Positions 24,451-34,700 of a stretch of DNA of 55,863 nucleotides are shown here, piece after piece (the first letter of the stretch is position 1; every line of letters starts with the position of its first letter). The notes beneath the pieces are model-generated. The model did not search any database and was not told the origin of the DNA. It saw nothing but the letters and a program-made list of their open reading frames with translations. The stretch is from a virus (lineage: Duplodnaviria > Heunggongvirae > Uroviricota > Caudoviricetes). The position numbers and the translations under genes were made by a program. The stretch lies in the IMG/VR virus record IMGVR_UViG_3300048850_000049, positions 1-55,863 of that record, one strand, 5' to 3'.

Positions 24451-25296
24451 ATGACCCCTGAAGAAATCGCCGCAAAGGCCGCTGCTGACGCTGCCGCTGC
24501 TGAGACTGCCGCTGCCGAAGCTGCCGCTGCTACCGCTACCGCAGAAGCTGCTGCCGCAAAGGAACTCGAAGAAGCTGAAGCTGCTGCTGCAGCCGCACTC
24601 GACGCTGGCAAGGATAGCGTTGCGCTCGCTGCCGAAAAGGCCAAGCTGCTGCGCGAAGTGATGGAAAAGAAGACCAAGCTGAAGGAAGCCGAAAAGAAGG
24701 CAACCGATGCAGCCGCTGCACTTGCAGCCTATGAGGGTGTGGATCCCGCCAAGGTCAAGGAGCTCCTGAAGAAGGAGAAGGACGCTGAAACGACCGCTGC
24801 TGAGGCACGCGGCGATTTCGATCGCGTCAAGTCCATGATGGCCGAGGAGCACACCAAGGAGAAGAAGTCGCTCGAGGACCGCATCAAGGATCTTGAAGGT
24901 GCTCTCTCCGGCAAGGACGAAGCCATCAACACGCTGACCATCGGCAACGACTTCGGTTCCTCGACCTATATCAAGGAGCACCTGACGCTGACGCCTGCGA
25001 AGTCTCGCCAGCTTTACGGCTCTCACTTTGAGACCGAGGACGGCCGCTCTGTTGGTTACGACAAGCCGAAGGGTGCGGCGAACCGCACGAAGCTGGTCAA
25101 TGCATCCGGTGATCCGTTGCCGTTCGACGAGGCGTTCAAGCGTATTATCGATGCCGATCCGGACAAGGAAACGCTTCTGAAGGCCAAGGTTGTTCCTGGC
25201 TCGGGATCGAATTCCAACCAGACGAAGACGGTCGAAAAGAAGACCGCTGCTGGTTTGTCGGGCGTCGATCGTATCCGGGCATCCTTCGGAAAGTAG
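24451..25296 (+). CDS. Capsid scaffolding protein
   Basis: Ala-rich coiled coil with C-terminal PGSGS motif, between portal and capsid genes. Confidence 0.8.
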   Translation: MTPEEIAAKAAADAAAAETAAAEAAAATATAEAAAAKELEEAEAAAAAALDAGKDSVALAAEKAKLLREVMEKKTKLKEAEKKATDAAAALAAYEGVDPAKVKELLKKEKDAETTAAEARGDFDRVKSMMAEEHTKEKKSLEDRIKDLEGALSGKDEAINTLTIGNDFGSSTYIKEHLTLTPAKSRQLYGSHFETEDGRSVGYDKPKGAANRTKLVNASGDPLPFDEAFKRIIDADPDKETLLKAKVVPGSGSNSNQTKTVEKKTAAGLSGVDRIRASFGK

Positions 25297-25375
25297 TCAA
25301 TTCCTGACTTATAGCGGAAAAAGTAAGCAACTGCTTATTTTTTTCCTTGCGTAATAGCCTGTCGTTGGACTATGG

Positions 25376-25393
25376 TAAGTAAGTGCTTACTTA
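25376..25393. promoter_or_regulatory. 18-bp operator upstream of the capsid gene
   Basis: TAAGTAA-gtgc-TTACTTA. Confidence 0.85.
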
Positions 25394-25440
25394 TCTGGTC
25401 CACGACGGGCCATTTGCATTTGAAAATAGGAGACTAGAAT

Positions 25441-26340
25441 ATGCCGCTTCTGATGACCGAAGCCGCCAAGCTGGCTGAAGACGATCGCCAGCGCGGCATT
25501 ATCGAGGAACTCCTCGACAAGGACGAATTTTTCGCCCTCGTGCCTTTCGTAAAGGCCAAGGACGACACGTTCAGTTATACGCGTGAAAAGGCTCTGCCTG
25601 GCGCGGGCTGGATCGATCCCTACGATGACATCGAGGAAAGCACTGGTGAAGTCGAGAACGTAAGCACCAAGCTTAAGATTCTCGCAGGCCAGTTCGACAT
25701 CGCCAACTTCATCTCTGAAGTTAAGGCCGATATGTATGACCAGATTGCCGTCCAGGCGAAGTTCAAGATCAAGGCCGTTGGCCGCGATTTCAAGAACGTT
25801 CTGATCAACGGTGACTCGACGGTTGACGGTAAGACTTTCGACGGTCTGCGCAAGCTGATCGTTCCTGGTCAGACGCTGACTGCCGGCGTAAACGGCGCTG
25901 CACTTGCCTATGCTGCCCTCGACGAATTGAAGGATGCGGTTCCTCTTGGTGCCGACTTCTACATGATGCGCTCGGAAGTATGGCGCAACATTCGCGAACT
26001 GAACCGTCTGCACGGTGGTAACACCGCCGAAATGATGATGGTCGAGAACTTCGGCGCCCCGATGCGTTTCTATGATGGCCTGCCGGTTATCATCAACGAT
26101 TACATCGAGAAGGACGAAGTGCAGGGCACGAGCTCCGCAACGACTTCGATCTACGCGGTCCGCGCAAACGAAGTTGACGGCTTCCACGGCCTCTGGGCTG
26201 GTGATGGCGCCGGTGTCCGCCTCGAGGAAGTTGGCCTGAACTTCAACAAGGACAGCACTCGCTGGCGCGTTAAGTGGTATTGCGGTGCGGCTCTGCGCGC
26301 AACGCACGCTGTAGCCCGCCTCAAGGGCGTGTTGATTTAA
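25441..26340 (+). CDS. Major capsid protein (HK97 fold)
   Basis: AGGAG RBS; strong codon bias; FDGLRKLI, DFYMM, GLPVIIND, RWRVKWY. Confidence 0.9.
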   Translation: MPLLMTEAAKLAEDDRQRGIIEELLDKDEFFALVPFVKAKDDTFSYTREKALPGAGWIDPYDDIEESTGEVENVSTKLKILAGQFDIANFISEVKADMYDQIAVQAKFKIKAVGRDFKNVLINGDSTVDGKTFDGLRKLIVPGQTLTAGVNGAALAYAALDELKDAVPLGADFYMMRSEVWRNIRELNRLHGGNTAEMMMVENFGAPMRFYDGLPVIINDYIEKDEVQGTSSATTSIYAVRANEVDGFHGLWAGDGAGVRLEEVGLNFNKDSTRWRVKWYCGAALRATHAVARLKGVLI

Positions 26341-26349
26341 GGTTGAACT

Positions 26350-26397
26350 TAAGTAATTGATTACTTACAATGGGCGGGTTTGACCCCGCCCATTTTG
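26350..26397 (+). promoter_or_regulatory. 18-bp operator followed by a terminator hairpin
   Basis: TAAGTAA-ttga-TTACTTA (26350-26367); ATGGGCGGG-tttgac-CCCGCCCAT-TTT. Confidence 0.8.
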
Positions 26398-26442
26398 CTA
26401 TCTGGACTCCCCGTCATCCCGCAATTGAACAGGATCTAACCA

Positions 26443-27171
26443 ATGGAAATGAAGAAGCTCAAGGTCGTGACTACGCGCATGGCCGGCTATACCGGTGTTC
26501 TCGGACCCGTCCGCTTCAAGGACGGCGTATCCGAAGAATACCTGCCGCGCCACATTCGCGATCGCATGGCCGCTGCCATGGAGTTGATCGAGGTCGACCA
26601 GGACGGCAACGAACAGCCTGCCGGCGCTCAGCATCGCCTGCTTCGCGAATACAAGGAACGCGCTCCGAAGCTCGAGCCGCTCGTGCGCCAGACGGACGCT
26701 GAAAAGACGCTCGAATTGACCAAGGCTGCTCTGAACGCAACCAAGGTTCCGACGCTTGAGACCCGTGACGGACTTGAGAAGATCGCCGAGAAGGGCGGAA
26801 TCAAGGCTTTGCGCGAGATTGGCGTCAAGTGGAACGTCAAGCACCGCTCTATTCCGACGCTGATCGAGATGATCCTCGACGCTCAGGAAAAGGGTATTGC
26901 CGCACGCAACAAGAAGCTTGCCGACAAGATCGCCCAGGAGAACGAGAAGCTCCAGACGACCGCGCCCCAGGCTGAAGTTGCCGAGACCGAAGTCGCCAAG
27001 GGCGATGTCCCTCCGGCTGAACCTGTTGCAGGCGGCAACATCGAGCGTCCTGACGAAACCGTAACGCCGCGCACTGCCAACGCCGCTGAAAAGGTATCCG
27101 CTGCTCTCGCGGCCGCTGCTTCTACCGGCGACCTTGCAGCTTCGCTCAGCACCGAACAGGACGCGGAGTAA
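26443..27171 (+). CDS. Virion-associated hypothetical protein
   Basis: Position after the capsid gene; biased codons. Confidence 0.75.
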   Translation: MEMKKLKVVTTRMAGYTGVLGPVRFKDGVSEEYLPRHIRDRMAAAMELIEVDQDGNEQPAGAQHRLLREYKERAPKLEPLVRQTDAEKTLELTKAALNATKVPTLETRDGLEKIAEKGGIKALREIGVKWNVKHRSIPTLIEMILDAQEKGIAARNKKLADKIAQENEKLQTTAPQAEVAETEVAKGDVPPAEPVAGGNIERPDETVTPRTANAAEKVSAALAAAASTGDLAASLSTEQDAE

Positions 27172-27174
27172 TCC

Positions 27175-27996
27175 ATGAAGTTCTATCCCGAGGACTATAG
27201 CGTCGAGGTTGTGGTTGGTTTTACCGACCTCAACGGCGCTCCTGTGATCCCGACCAAGATCATCGCCCGTCTCTGGGACGGTGACGATCAGCTTATCGCG
27301 GATTTCGGTGAACTCCCTTTCGATATCGCGGCCGGCGAGAAGTCGATCACGGTTCCGAAGCAGTTCAATATCCTCGGCGATGGAGAGATCCGGGCGGCCC
27401 GTATCCTGCGCATCGAACTTCAGACGGACGCCGGCTCAATTCGGCGCCCGTTTTCCTACGCGATCGAGGCAGAACAGCGCCTCGAATTGCTAACCAATAC
27501 TTTTGCCTCGCTTGAAGCTGCCGAGTTCCTGGCACTCGATATGCCGAACGCTACCGGCTGGAAGGTCGCCTCAGAGGATCAGAAGCTCGCGGCTTTGACT
27601 GAAAGCTTCCGCCGGCTGACCCAGATCCCGATGAAGTTTCCGACCTATGGGCCTGGAAACGTATATTCGGACTACAACACGATCGCCCCGCGCGACCTCC
27701 TGGAAGAAACCATCATCCAGCGCGACCAGTGGGGCGAGCTGACGATTGACGAATACGAGACGAAGTTTCCGGCGCATTTCAAGAAGGCTTTGCGGCGCGC
27801 TCAGTTCATCGAGGCAAACGAGCTCCTGCAGGGCGATAACGTCACCCAGAAGCATCGCTCTGGCATCGTGACGGAAACGATCGGTGAAAGCTCGATCACG
27901 CTCAGGGCAGGGCGGGTCGATTACGGCGTTGCCTCCCAGACCCTGCAGGCCCTGGTCGGCTATATCTATTTCAACATGAGGATCGTTCGCGCGTGA
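27175..27996 (+). CDS. Head-tail adaptor-like protein
   Basis: NTFASLEAAEF..., ALRRAQFIEA, ETIGESS motifs; position. Confidence 0.65.
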   Translation: MKFYPEDYSVEVVVGFTDLNGAPVIPTKIIARLWDGDDQLIADFGELPFDIAAGEKSITVPKQFNILGDGEIRAARILRIELQTDAGSIRRPFSYAIEAEQRLELLTNTFASLEAAEFLALDMPNATGWKVASEDQKLAALTESFRRLTQIPMKFPTYGPGNVYSDYNTIAPRDLLEETIIQRDQWGELTIDEYETKFPAHFKKALRRAQFIEANELLQGDNVTQKHRSGIVTETIGESSITLRAGRVDYGVASQTLQALVGYIYFNMRIVRA

Positions 27997-28742
27997 TCCC
28001 TCACAAGCTCAGCGAGGCTGCGGACGCCGCAGCTTCCCGATACGACCTCCTGGCATCGACGTTTGAGGCGCAGTTCAAGACTGCGCTTCTCTCGCCTCAG
28101 TTCGGCTATGCCGGACAGCAGCTGGCTATCTACAACGACGCCTATGAAGCTGCCGGAGAGTATTTCACTCGCGACAAGGAAGAGATGGCTGGCGCCGTCT
28201 TGGAAATCGCTGAGAACGCTCATCAGCGCGCAAAGCAGAAGATCGCGAGCATTGACGCAAGCGGCCTGTCGGACGCAGCCCTCGAGCATCTGGGCGAGTC
28301 GCAGACGTATTTATCGAACGAGATCGCTGCTCAGGTGCATCGCGACATCGCAAACATGCGTCATTCGCTACAAAAGACGGTTCTGGACGTGGGTATGATC
28401 GCTCGCAGCCGGCGCATCCCGCAGCGCCAGGCGCAGATCGCCTGGGTAATGAACCGGGCTGAAGACCTGGAACTGGCCTTTGTGGATCGCCGCGGCCGCA
28501 GGACGCCGACCCGCACGTTCATTCGCTCTGTCTATCGCCAGACGCTTCTATCGGTTCACAACGAGATCGTCCTTCATACGATCGCCGATCATGGTCTCGA
28601 GCACGCCGCGGTGATGAAGCTGGAAGATGGTGTCGAAAAGCAGGTCGAGCGCATTGCCCTGACCGACTATGCCGACGCACGCGCGGTCTACTTCCACCCG
28701 AACGCAAATACCTATCTTGACGTGGAGACCGATGATGTTTGA
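27993..28742 (+). CDS. Head morphogenesis or hypothetical virion protein
   Basis: Coupled ORF; FVDRRGRR motif. Confidence 0.65.
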   Translation: MIPHKLSEAADAAASRYDLLASTFEAQFKTALLSPQFGYAGQQLAIYNDAYEAAGEYFTRDKEEMAGAVLEIAENAHQRAKQKIASIDASGLSDAALEHLGESQTYLSNEIAAQVHRDIANMRHSLQKTVLDVGMIARSRRIPQRQAQIAWVMNRAEDLELAFVDRRGRRTPTRTFIRSVYRQTLLSVHNEIVLHTIADHGLEHAAVMKLEDGVEKQVERIALTDYADARAVYFHPNANTYLDVETDDV

Positions 28743-29082
28743 ACCCAATGTTGTCGGCAAGCTTGCCAAGCTCGTAGGCCGCGATGTTCATGCCCGGCCG
28801 ACGTTCGCAGAGCCGATCGATTGCCCTTTCGGCATCGTTAATCTCAATGTCGGCGCTGAGAAGACCATTGTTCGTGCAGACAGCTCCGCCTCCCGCGGAT
28901 CTGCCGACGAGATCTCCGCCGTGCGCGCTAAGATCCTGATTGCCAAGTATATCGATGTCACGATCGGCGATCGCTTCGAGTTCGAGGGCATGAAGTTCCT
29001 GATCGCCTCGAAACACGTCCGTCGCTCGATCCTCGGATCCGTTGACCATTTCGAATGCGATATGGAGATCGTGCCGGCATGA
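28732..29082 (+). CDS. Head-closure (stopper)-like protein
   Basis: ~116-aa beta-rich ORF; IGDRFEFEG; position. Confidence 0.6.
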   Translation: MMFEPNVVGKLAKLVGRDVHARPTFAEPIDCPFGIVNLNVGAEKTIVRADSSASRGSADEISAVRAKILIAKYIDVTIGDRFEFEGMKFLIASKHVRRSILGSVDHFECDMEIVPA

Positions 29083-29573
29083 AGACCAGGATGAAGCTTA
29101 CCGGAATGGCTGAATTGCGCGTCGAGCTTCGCCAGCTTGCCGTTCGCGTGCCTGATGGCGCGCGCAAGGTCATGCACCGGTCAGCTGAGATCATTGTCGA
29201 GGAGGCAAAGCTCAATGCGCCGCGCGACTGGGGCAACCTTGAGGACGCGATCCGGATCATCAAGGACTACACCGGCGTCAACGGGCGTCTGCAGATCGAT
29301 ATCGGCATTGTTCCTACCGGCTCCGAGATGGGCGAGAACGGTCCTATCAGTGTGGACCGATTCAACATCTATGCTGCCTTGGTCCACGAGAACTACGAAA
29401 CCCACGTCGCCTACGTGAAAGGGCCCGGCAAGGGCACGCTTGCGAAGATGGCAGCAAATCCAGGACGCAAGATCGGCTCCGGCTTCTTGAGCAGGGCGGC
29501 CGCTGAAGAAGAACCAAGGCTCGCACGCAAGACGATCGCGGCGATTGACCGGACCATCAAGGAAGTAATGTAA
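29079..29573 (+). CDS. HK97 gp10-like neck/tail protein
   Basis: LTGMAELRVEL...AKLNAPRDWGNLEDAI...YAALVHE...FLSRA. Confidence 0.75.
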   Translation: MKTRMKLTGMAELRVELRQLAVRVPDGARKVMHRSAEIIVEEAKLNAPRDWGNLEDAIRIIKDYTGVNGRLQIDIGIVPTGSEMGENGPISVDRFNIYAALVHENYETHVAYVKGPGKGTLAKMAANPGRKIGSGFLSRAAAEEEPRLARKTIAAIDRTIKEVM

Positions 29574-29989
29574 TGATTTTCGACATCCTGGAAAAGAAGC
29601 TCACCGACTCCGGCCTGGTCGTTCCGGGTGCATCCCTCTTTCGCGGCACCATGCCTGCAGAATGCACGGTAGGCGTGATGATCCGGACGCCGCTGACCGG
29701 CGTCGATATCGATCCATTCATCGAGGGTTGGCACAAGACGCAGATCCAGGTCATCACCCGTCATACCGATCCGGTGGAAGGCGAGCGCCTGGCTGCCGCC
29801 GTATGCAAGGTGCTCCTGGTTGATGCGGTCGAGTTCCATGAGGCATCGGCCGAGCGCGGCCCGGCTCATATAAACATTTTCTACCCCGCAACGCTGCCGA
29901 TCCAGTATCCGCGTCTTGAGGGTAACGGGCTCGAGTTTTCGCAGCACTTCACTGCTGCATTCGGGTTCAAGCCTAGCTGGCGTGCGTGA
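29573..29989 (+). CDS. Tail terminator-like protein
   Basis: Position before the tail tube gene; IQVITRH. Confidence 0.65.
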   Translation: MIFDILEKKLTDSGLVVPGASLFRGTMPAECTVGVMIRTPLTGVDIDPFIEGWHKTQIQVITRHTDPVEGERLAAAVCKVLLVDAVEFHEASAERGPAHINIFYPATLPIQYPRLEGNGLEFSQHFTAAFGFKPSWRA

Positions 29990-30013
29990 TAGCTAGATAG
30001 CTGGAAAGCTAAA
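29990..30013. repeat. 8-bp tandem array, 3 units (parS-like)
   Basis: tagctaga tagctgga aagctaaa. Confidence 0.45.
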
Positions 30014-30067
30014 AGTAACCGCTGACTTAATTTGGTGGTTGTCAAGTCCCGTCCGTTTGCGGTATTG

Positions 30068-30085
30068 TAAGTAATGACTTACTTA
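30068..30085. promoter_or_regulatory. 18-bp operator upstream of the tail tube gene
   Basis: TAAGTAA-tgac-TTACTTA. Confidence 0.85.
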
Positions 30086-30127
30086 CTTCGTCCGAGGTGG
30101 ACGGAGTTATGATCAAGGAGAATTCAC

Positions 30128-30958
30128 ATGGCATCGTCCACCGAGAACGTAAAGCTCGGCGTATGCAACGTTCTCTTCGACGGCGTAGATCTTGGTTTTA
30201 CCAAGGGCGGTGTTGAAGTGGAAGTTGCCACGTCCACTCACGAAATTACTGTCGACCAGATGGGCGAGACCCCGATTGGCGAAATCATCACGGGCCGCAC
30301 GGTCTCCGCGACTGTTCCGCTGGCCGAGACGACTCTCGACAACCTGGTTGCCATTATGCCTGGCTCCGAGCTGATCTCCGATGGCTCCAAGGCTACCGGC
30401 ACTGTGACCTTCTCGACCGCTGCTCCGGCAAACGGCGACAAGATCACTCTCGATGCCACGGACTTTACCTTTAAGACCGTGCCTGTCGGATCCACCGATA
30501 TGGGTATTCCTGCAACGATCGGTGCCGCTGCGGCTGCGCTTGCTGCAAAGATCAATGCTTCGCCTATCCCGTTCGTCGCTTCGGCCAATGCTGCCGTTGT
30601 CACGATCACCGCAAAGACCCGCGGCGTCGCCGGCAACGTGACTGTCGCCAAGACGGCCGTGACGCCTGCGAACATCACCACGACCAACCTCACGGGCGGC
30701 GTCGACGCGACCAAGGCTCAGGTCAAGGTTTCGAACGGCGTCAACATCAACTTGCTCAAGCTCGCAAAGACCCTGGTCCTGCGTCCCAAGGGCACGAATG
30801 GTGAAGACGACTTTACGATCCTGCGGGCCATGTGCCCCGGCGCCGTGAACTTTGCCTACCAGTTCGACAACGAGCGCGTCTTCAACGCAGCCTTCAAGGG
30901 TTACGCCCTCGATGACGGCAGCCTGTTTGCGCTCGGCGACGTGACTGCAACGGCCTAA
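30128..30958 (+). CDS. Major tail tube protein with an inserted ~110-aa domain
   Basis: LGVCNVLFDGVDLGFTKGGVEVE...DQMGETPI and C-terminal FDNERVFNAAFKG. Confidence 0.85.
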   Translation: MASSTENVKLGVCNVLFDGVDLGFTKGGVEVEVATSTHEITVDQMGETPIGEIITGRTVSATVPLAETTLDNLVAIMPGSELISDGSKATGTVTFSTAAPANGDKITLDATDFTFKTVPVGSTDMGIPATIGAAAAALAAKINASPIPFVASANAAVVTITAKTRGVAGNVTVAKTAVTPANITTTNLTGGVDATKAQVKVSNGVNINLLKLAKTLVLRPKGTNGEDDFTILRAMCPGAVNFAYQFDNERVFNAAFKGYALDDGSLFALGDVTATA

Positions 30959-30982
30959 CGGTCCGAGCATTCTGAAGATCAC

Positions 30983-31020
30983 GACCGGCGCCTCTCACCA
31001 GGGACGCCGGTCATTTTTCT
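30983..31020 (+). terminator. Rho-independent terminator
   Basis: GACCGGCG...CGCCGGTC-ATTTTTCT. Confidence 0.65.
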
Positions 31021-31051
31021 CCAACCAACACTCAACCTAAGAGAGTCACCT

Positions 31052-31408
31052 ATGACCAAGGTTATCAACATTGCCGCCCTTCGTAAGCCTCCGGCTGTCA
31101 AGATCGAGACTGAAGACGGCAAGTCGCATGAAATGGTTCCGGCAACGGTCGAGACGTTCCTGGAGAACCTGAAGGAAATCGAAGATCTCGGTCTCGACGC
31201 TTCACCGATCAAGGAAGCCGAGCTGACCATCCGGGCAATTCATCGCGCGTTTCCGACGCTGACCGAGAAGCAGATCAAGGGCTGGACCCTCGATGTTCTC
31301 AAGACGCTCTACGAGATGATTCTTGGTGTGAACGGTGAGGTTGTGTCTACGGACCCGGCAGTCATCGAAGAGGCCAAGAACTCGGGAAACGTCGCGCCGG
31401 CGGTATAA
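31052..31408 (+). CDS. Tail assembly chaperone (gpG-like)
   Basis: Between tube and TMP genes; in-frame slippery G GGA AAC at 31384-31390. Confidence 0.8.
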   Translation: MTKVINIAALRKPPAVKIETEDGKSHEMVPATVETFLENLKEIEDLGLDASPIKEAELTIRAIHRAFPTLTEKQIKGWTLDVLKTLYEMILGVNGEVVSTDPAVIEEAKNSGNVAPAV

Positions 31409-31755
31409 GCCAGATCGACTTCGGCCTCCTGTTTTGCAGGGTCATGGCTGAATACGGTTTTACCGTCGATGACGTTCTAAATCTGTCGATCAAGCGGTTC
31501 TGGTTCATCTCGAACATGATTGACCGGCTGCGCGCGGAAAAGGATCTCCGACAGATCCAGTTATTAGGGTCGGTCGGCAGCCCTGAAGCTTACAAGGCTG
31601 CTCACGACTATCTCAAGGACCAGGTTGGTCAGGTTTGGGTGCTCGAGGTTGAAGCTCCGACGGAGTTCAAGATCGATCCCGATACTGGTCTGGATCCGGA
31701 CTTTGACAGGGCTGGTCTGCGGGCAATGAAGATGAAGATCGCTGCTGCCCGTTGA
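31384..31755 (+). CDS. Tail chaperone gpGT-like extension via -1 programmed frameshift
   Basis: The -1 frame after GGGAAAC is open (RRAGGISQIDFGLLFCRVMAEYGF...) into ORF 31444..31755. Confidence 0.8.
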   Translation, partial: GKRRAGGISQIDFGLLFCRVMAEYGFTVDDVLNLSIKRFWFISNMIDRLRAEKDLRQIQLLGSVGSPEAYKAAHDYLKDQVGQVWVLEVEAPTEFKIDPDTGLDPDFDRAGLRAMKMKIAAAR

Positions 31756-31757
31756 TC

Positions 31758-31775
31758 TAAGTAAGTGCTTACTTA
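31758..31775. promoter_or_regulatory. 18-bp operator upstream of the TMP gene
   Basis: TAAGTAA-gtgc-TTACTTA. Confidence 0.85.
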
Positions 31776-31789
31776 TGGAAGACGGGTAA

Positions 31790-34700
31790 ATGACCGCAAT
31801 TCGCGTTGAACTTGAACTGGCAGATGGCTCCTTTACGACTGGCATCCTTCGGGCAGGCCAGTCGCTTGCCCAGTTCAATCAGCAGCTTATCCGCACCAAT
31901 CCCCAGCTTGCTGCTATTGCAGCCAACGGCGGCAATGTCATTTCGTCCATGCAGCGTATGGACGGCTCTACCAAGGGCTTCCTGTCTACCCTTCGCGATG
32001 TATCGATTGTCACCGGCCTTGTGTCGCTTGGCATGTCGAAGCTCTCCAGTGCGGCCAATGGATGGGCTGGAGACATCGTTCGCGTCAATGCCGAGATGGA
32101 ACGCCTTACCTTCCAGATGAAGGCAATGGCCACGACTTCCAACCCGTTGAAGGAAGCCGGCGACAATGTGAAGTATCTGCGCGAGCAGGCTGCACAGATG
32201 CCTTTCTCGCTCAAGACTATCACTTCAGGCTTCGTCAAGCTCAAGGCTACCGGCACCGACCCTATGGGTGGCTCGCTCAATGCGATCGCCGACGGCATCG
32301 CAGCCTTTGGTGGCACTGACGAGTCCTTCAACCGCACCATTCTCGGTATCACCCAGGCCGCTGGTAAGGGCGTCCTGCAGATGGAAGAGCTGCGTCAGCA
32401 GATCGGCGAGTCGATGCCGATCGCCATGCAGCTGCTTGCCCGTTCTATGGGACTGACCGTTGGTCAGCTGGCGAAGGAGATCTCGACCGGCACGGTCGCT
32501 GCTCGCCCTGCGCTTGAGATGCTCTATAAGGAGCTCGATCGGGCTTACGGTGGCACTGCTCAGCGCATGATGCAGAGCTTCTCCGGGCAGATCACTCAGC
32601 TTCATACCAATATGACGAACCTTGCGACCTCTGAAGGTGGCAGGGGCTTCTTCGACCAGGTTAAGTCGCAGCTTGTCGACATCAACCAGTTCCTGTCCGG
32701 CGACATGGCCCAGAAAATGGCGATGACGTTCGGCCAGGGCCTTTCCAGCATCGTATCGGGGCTGCGCACTGCCGTCGTTTCCGTCTGGGAGTTCCGTGAG
32801 GAGCTCACGCGTGCCGGCGTCGTTATCGCCGGTGGTCTCGGTATCATCGCCTTGACGCGCGGCCTGTCCTCTCTGACTGCCGCTCTTCAGACGAGCGCCC
32901 TGACCTGGGGCATCTTCCGCACCAATATGGCTTCTGCCTGGTCGAACCTTGCTCTGGGCGTCAGTGGTATGCGTTCGCTTTCGACCGTCGCTATTGGTGC
33001 GCAGTTTGCATCGATGGGACTTGGTCAGGCCGTAGGTGCCGTTGCCGCAGGTATTTCCGGTCTTGCTCCGCTCATCGTTGGCGCCGGTATGGCTGCCTGG
33101 GCGGCCGCAGAATATTTCGGTCTGCTCTCCGACAAGACCAACGAAGCTTATGAGGCTCTCGTCAAGTATGGCGCTGAGTCCAAGAAGGTTGCGCAGGACA
33201 CCATCTCCGCGAAGGAGAAGCAGCTCGAGGATCGCATTGCTGCCATGGAAAAGGCCGCGACGATGGCCTCGCCTGGTGCCTGGGATAGCAAGATTGCTGA
33301 GACGCGGGCAGAGCTTGCAGCGCTTCGTGCATCTGCGCCAAAGTTCGTAGATGACGCGGCCAAGCGCGAGTCGCAGAAGGCCCTCGAAAGCTTCAAGATC
33401 CAGCTGTCTGACCTTACGGCCGAAAATCAGCGCGCATACCGCGAAGACCAGACCAATCGCGACACCGCGTATAACGAGGATCTCGCCAAGACTGCCGAGA
33501 ATGAGCAGTCGAAGTCGGAACTGCGCCGCAAGTATGAGGCAGGCACGCTCGAGGCTCAGAAGAAGCTCTCGTCGGGTATCATCGATGTTTATGACAACCA
33601 GCTCAAGGCGCTCAACGAGCTCCTGGTGAATGCTGACGCGGACGGTCGCAAGTCGATCCGTGAGCGCATGGACTTCGTCAACGAACTGCGCATTACCGAA
33701 TTCAACCGTCTGAAGGCCATCGACGAATACAAGTTTGGCGCTCCTAAGACGGCTGCAGGCGGAGACGAGAAGAAGGCACTCGAGCGCGGCGACAACGAAC
33801 TCGAACGCTTGCAGCGCGATATCGCCGGCATCAAGGCGGAACTCAGCGGCGCATCCTCCGCGATGGCTGAGATGCAGGTGCGTATCGAGAACGGCGATTT
33901 CGGCTCCATCAAGGAGGGCGGCGCAGAGGTTGCCAAGCTTCATCAGGAACTGCTCGACGCTGCCGGCGCAAAGGAAGCGCTCGATAAGGTCATGAAGGGC
34001 AACCAGAAGGCCGACCAGGACCTCGACAAGCTCAAGAGCGACCTTCGCGAAAAGGAACTCGAACTGCTGGAACGCCAGCAGGGCAGGGATCTGAACGACG
34101 CCGAGAAGATGCGTCTTCGGCTCGACAACGGCGGATATGACGGTCTTGGAACCTTCGAGAACATCCAGAAGGCACTGAGCGGCGTCGTCGGTGCGATGAA
34201 TGCCCAGGGTGAAGCGGCCAATCAGGTCGGCACCGTCATGCGCCAGAATACGTTTGGCGATCAGACCGTTCAGCGTGTCGATAGCGTCACCTCGGCCGTC
34301 AAGCGCCTGACCGATCAGGTCGGCTCGCTCGTGACCGGGATGGGCGCTGCCGATTTCAACAAGTTCGGCCAGGGGATCTCGAGCGGCATCTCGGGCGGCC
34401 TTGGCGCCGGCACGACCGCTATCCGCCAGTTCTCCGGTTCGCTGCTTGAATTGATTGCCAAGGGCGAGAGCGGTGGCAACTACAATGCAACCCTCGACAA
34501 CGGCGCCTGGACGGGCGGCGGGAAGAACCTTGTCGGTATGCAGCTGAAGGACGTTCGGGATCTTCAGCGCATGATGCTGGCGAACCCTGGCAACCGCGCC
34601 AAGTATGGCAATGGCAAGGGCTCATCTGCTCTCGGCAAGTATCAGATCGTCGGCCAGACGCTTGAAGGTCTGATGAAGGAAATGGGCCTGAACGGTTCCG

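Noticed and set aside
24451-24620. GCT/GCC-rich repeats in the scaffold (and at 50250-51030 in the fibre) as DNA repeat elements
   Set aside because: Explained by Ala-rich low-complexity protein sequence.
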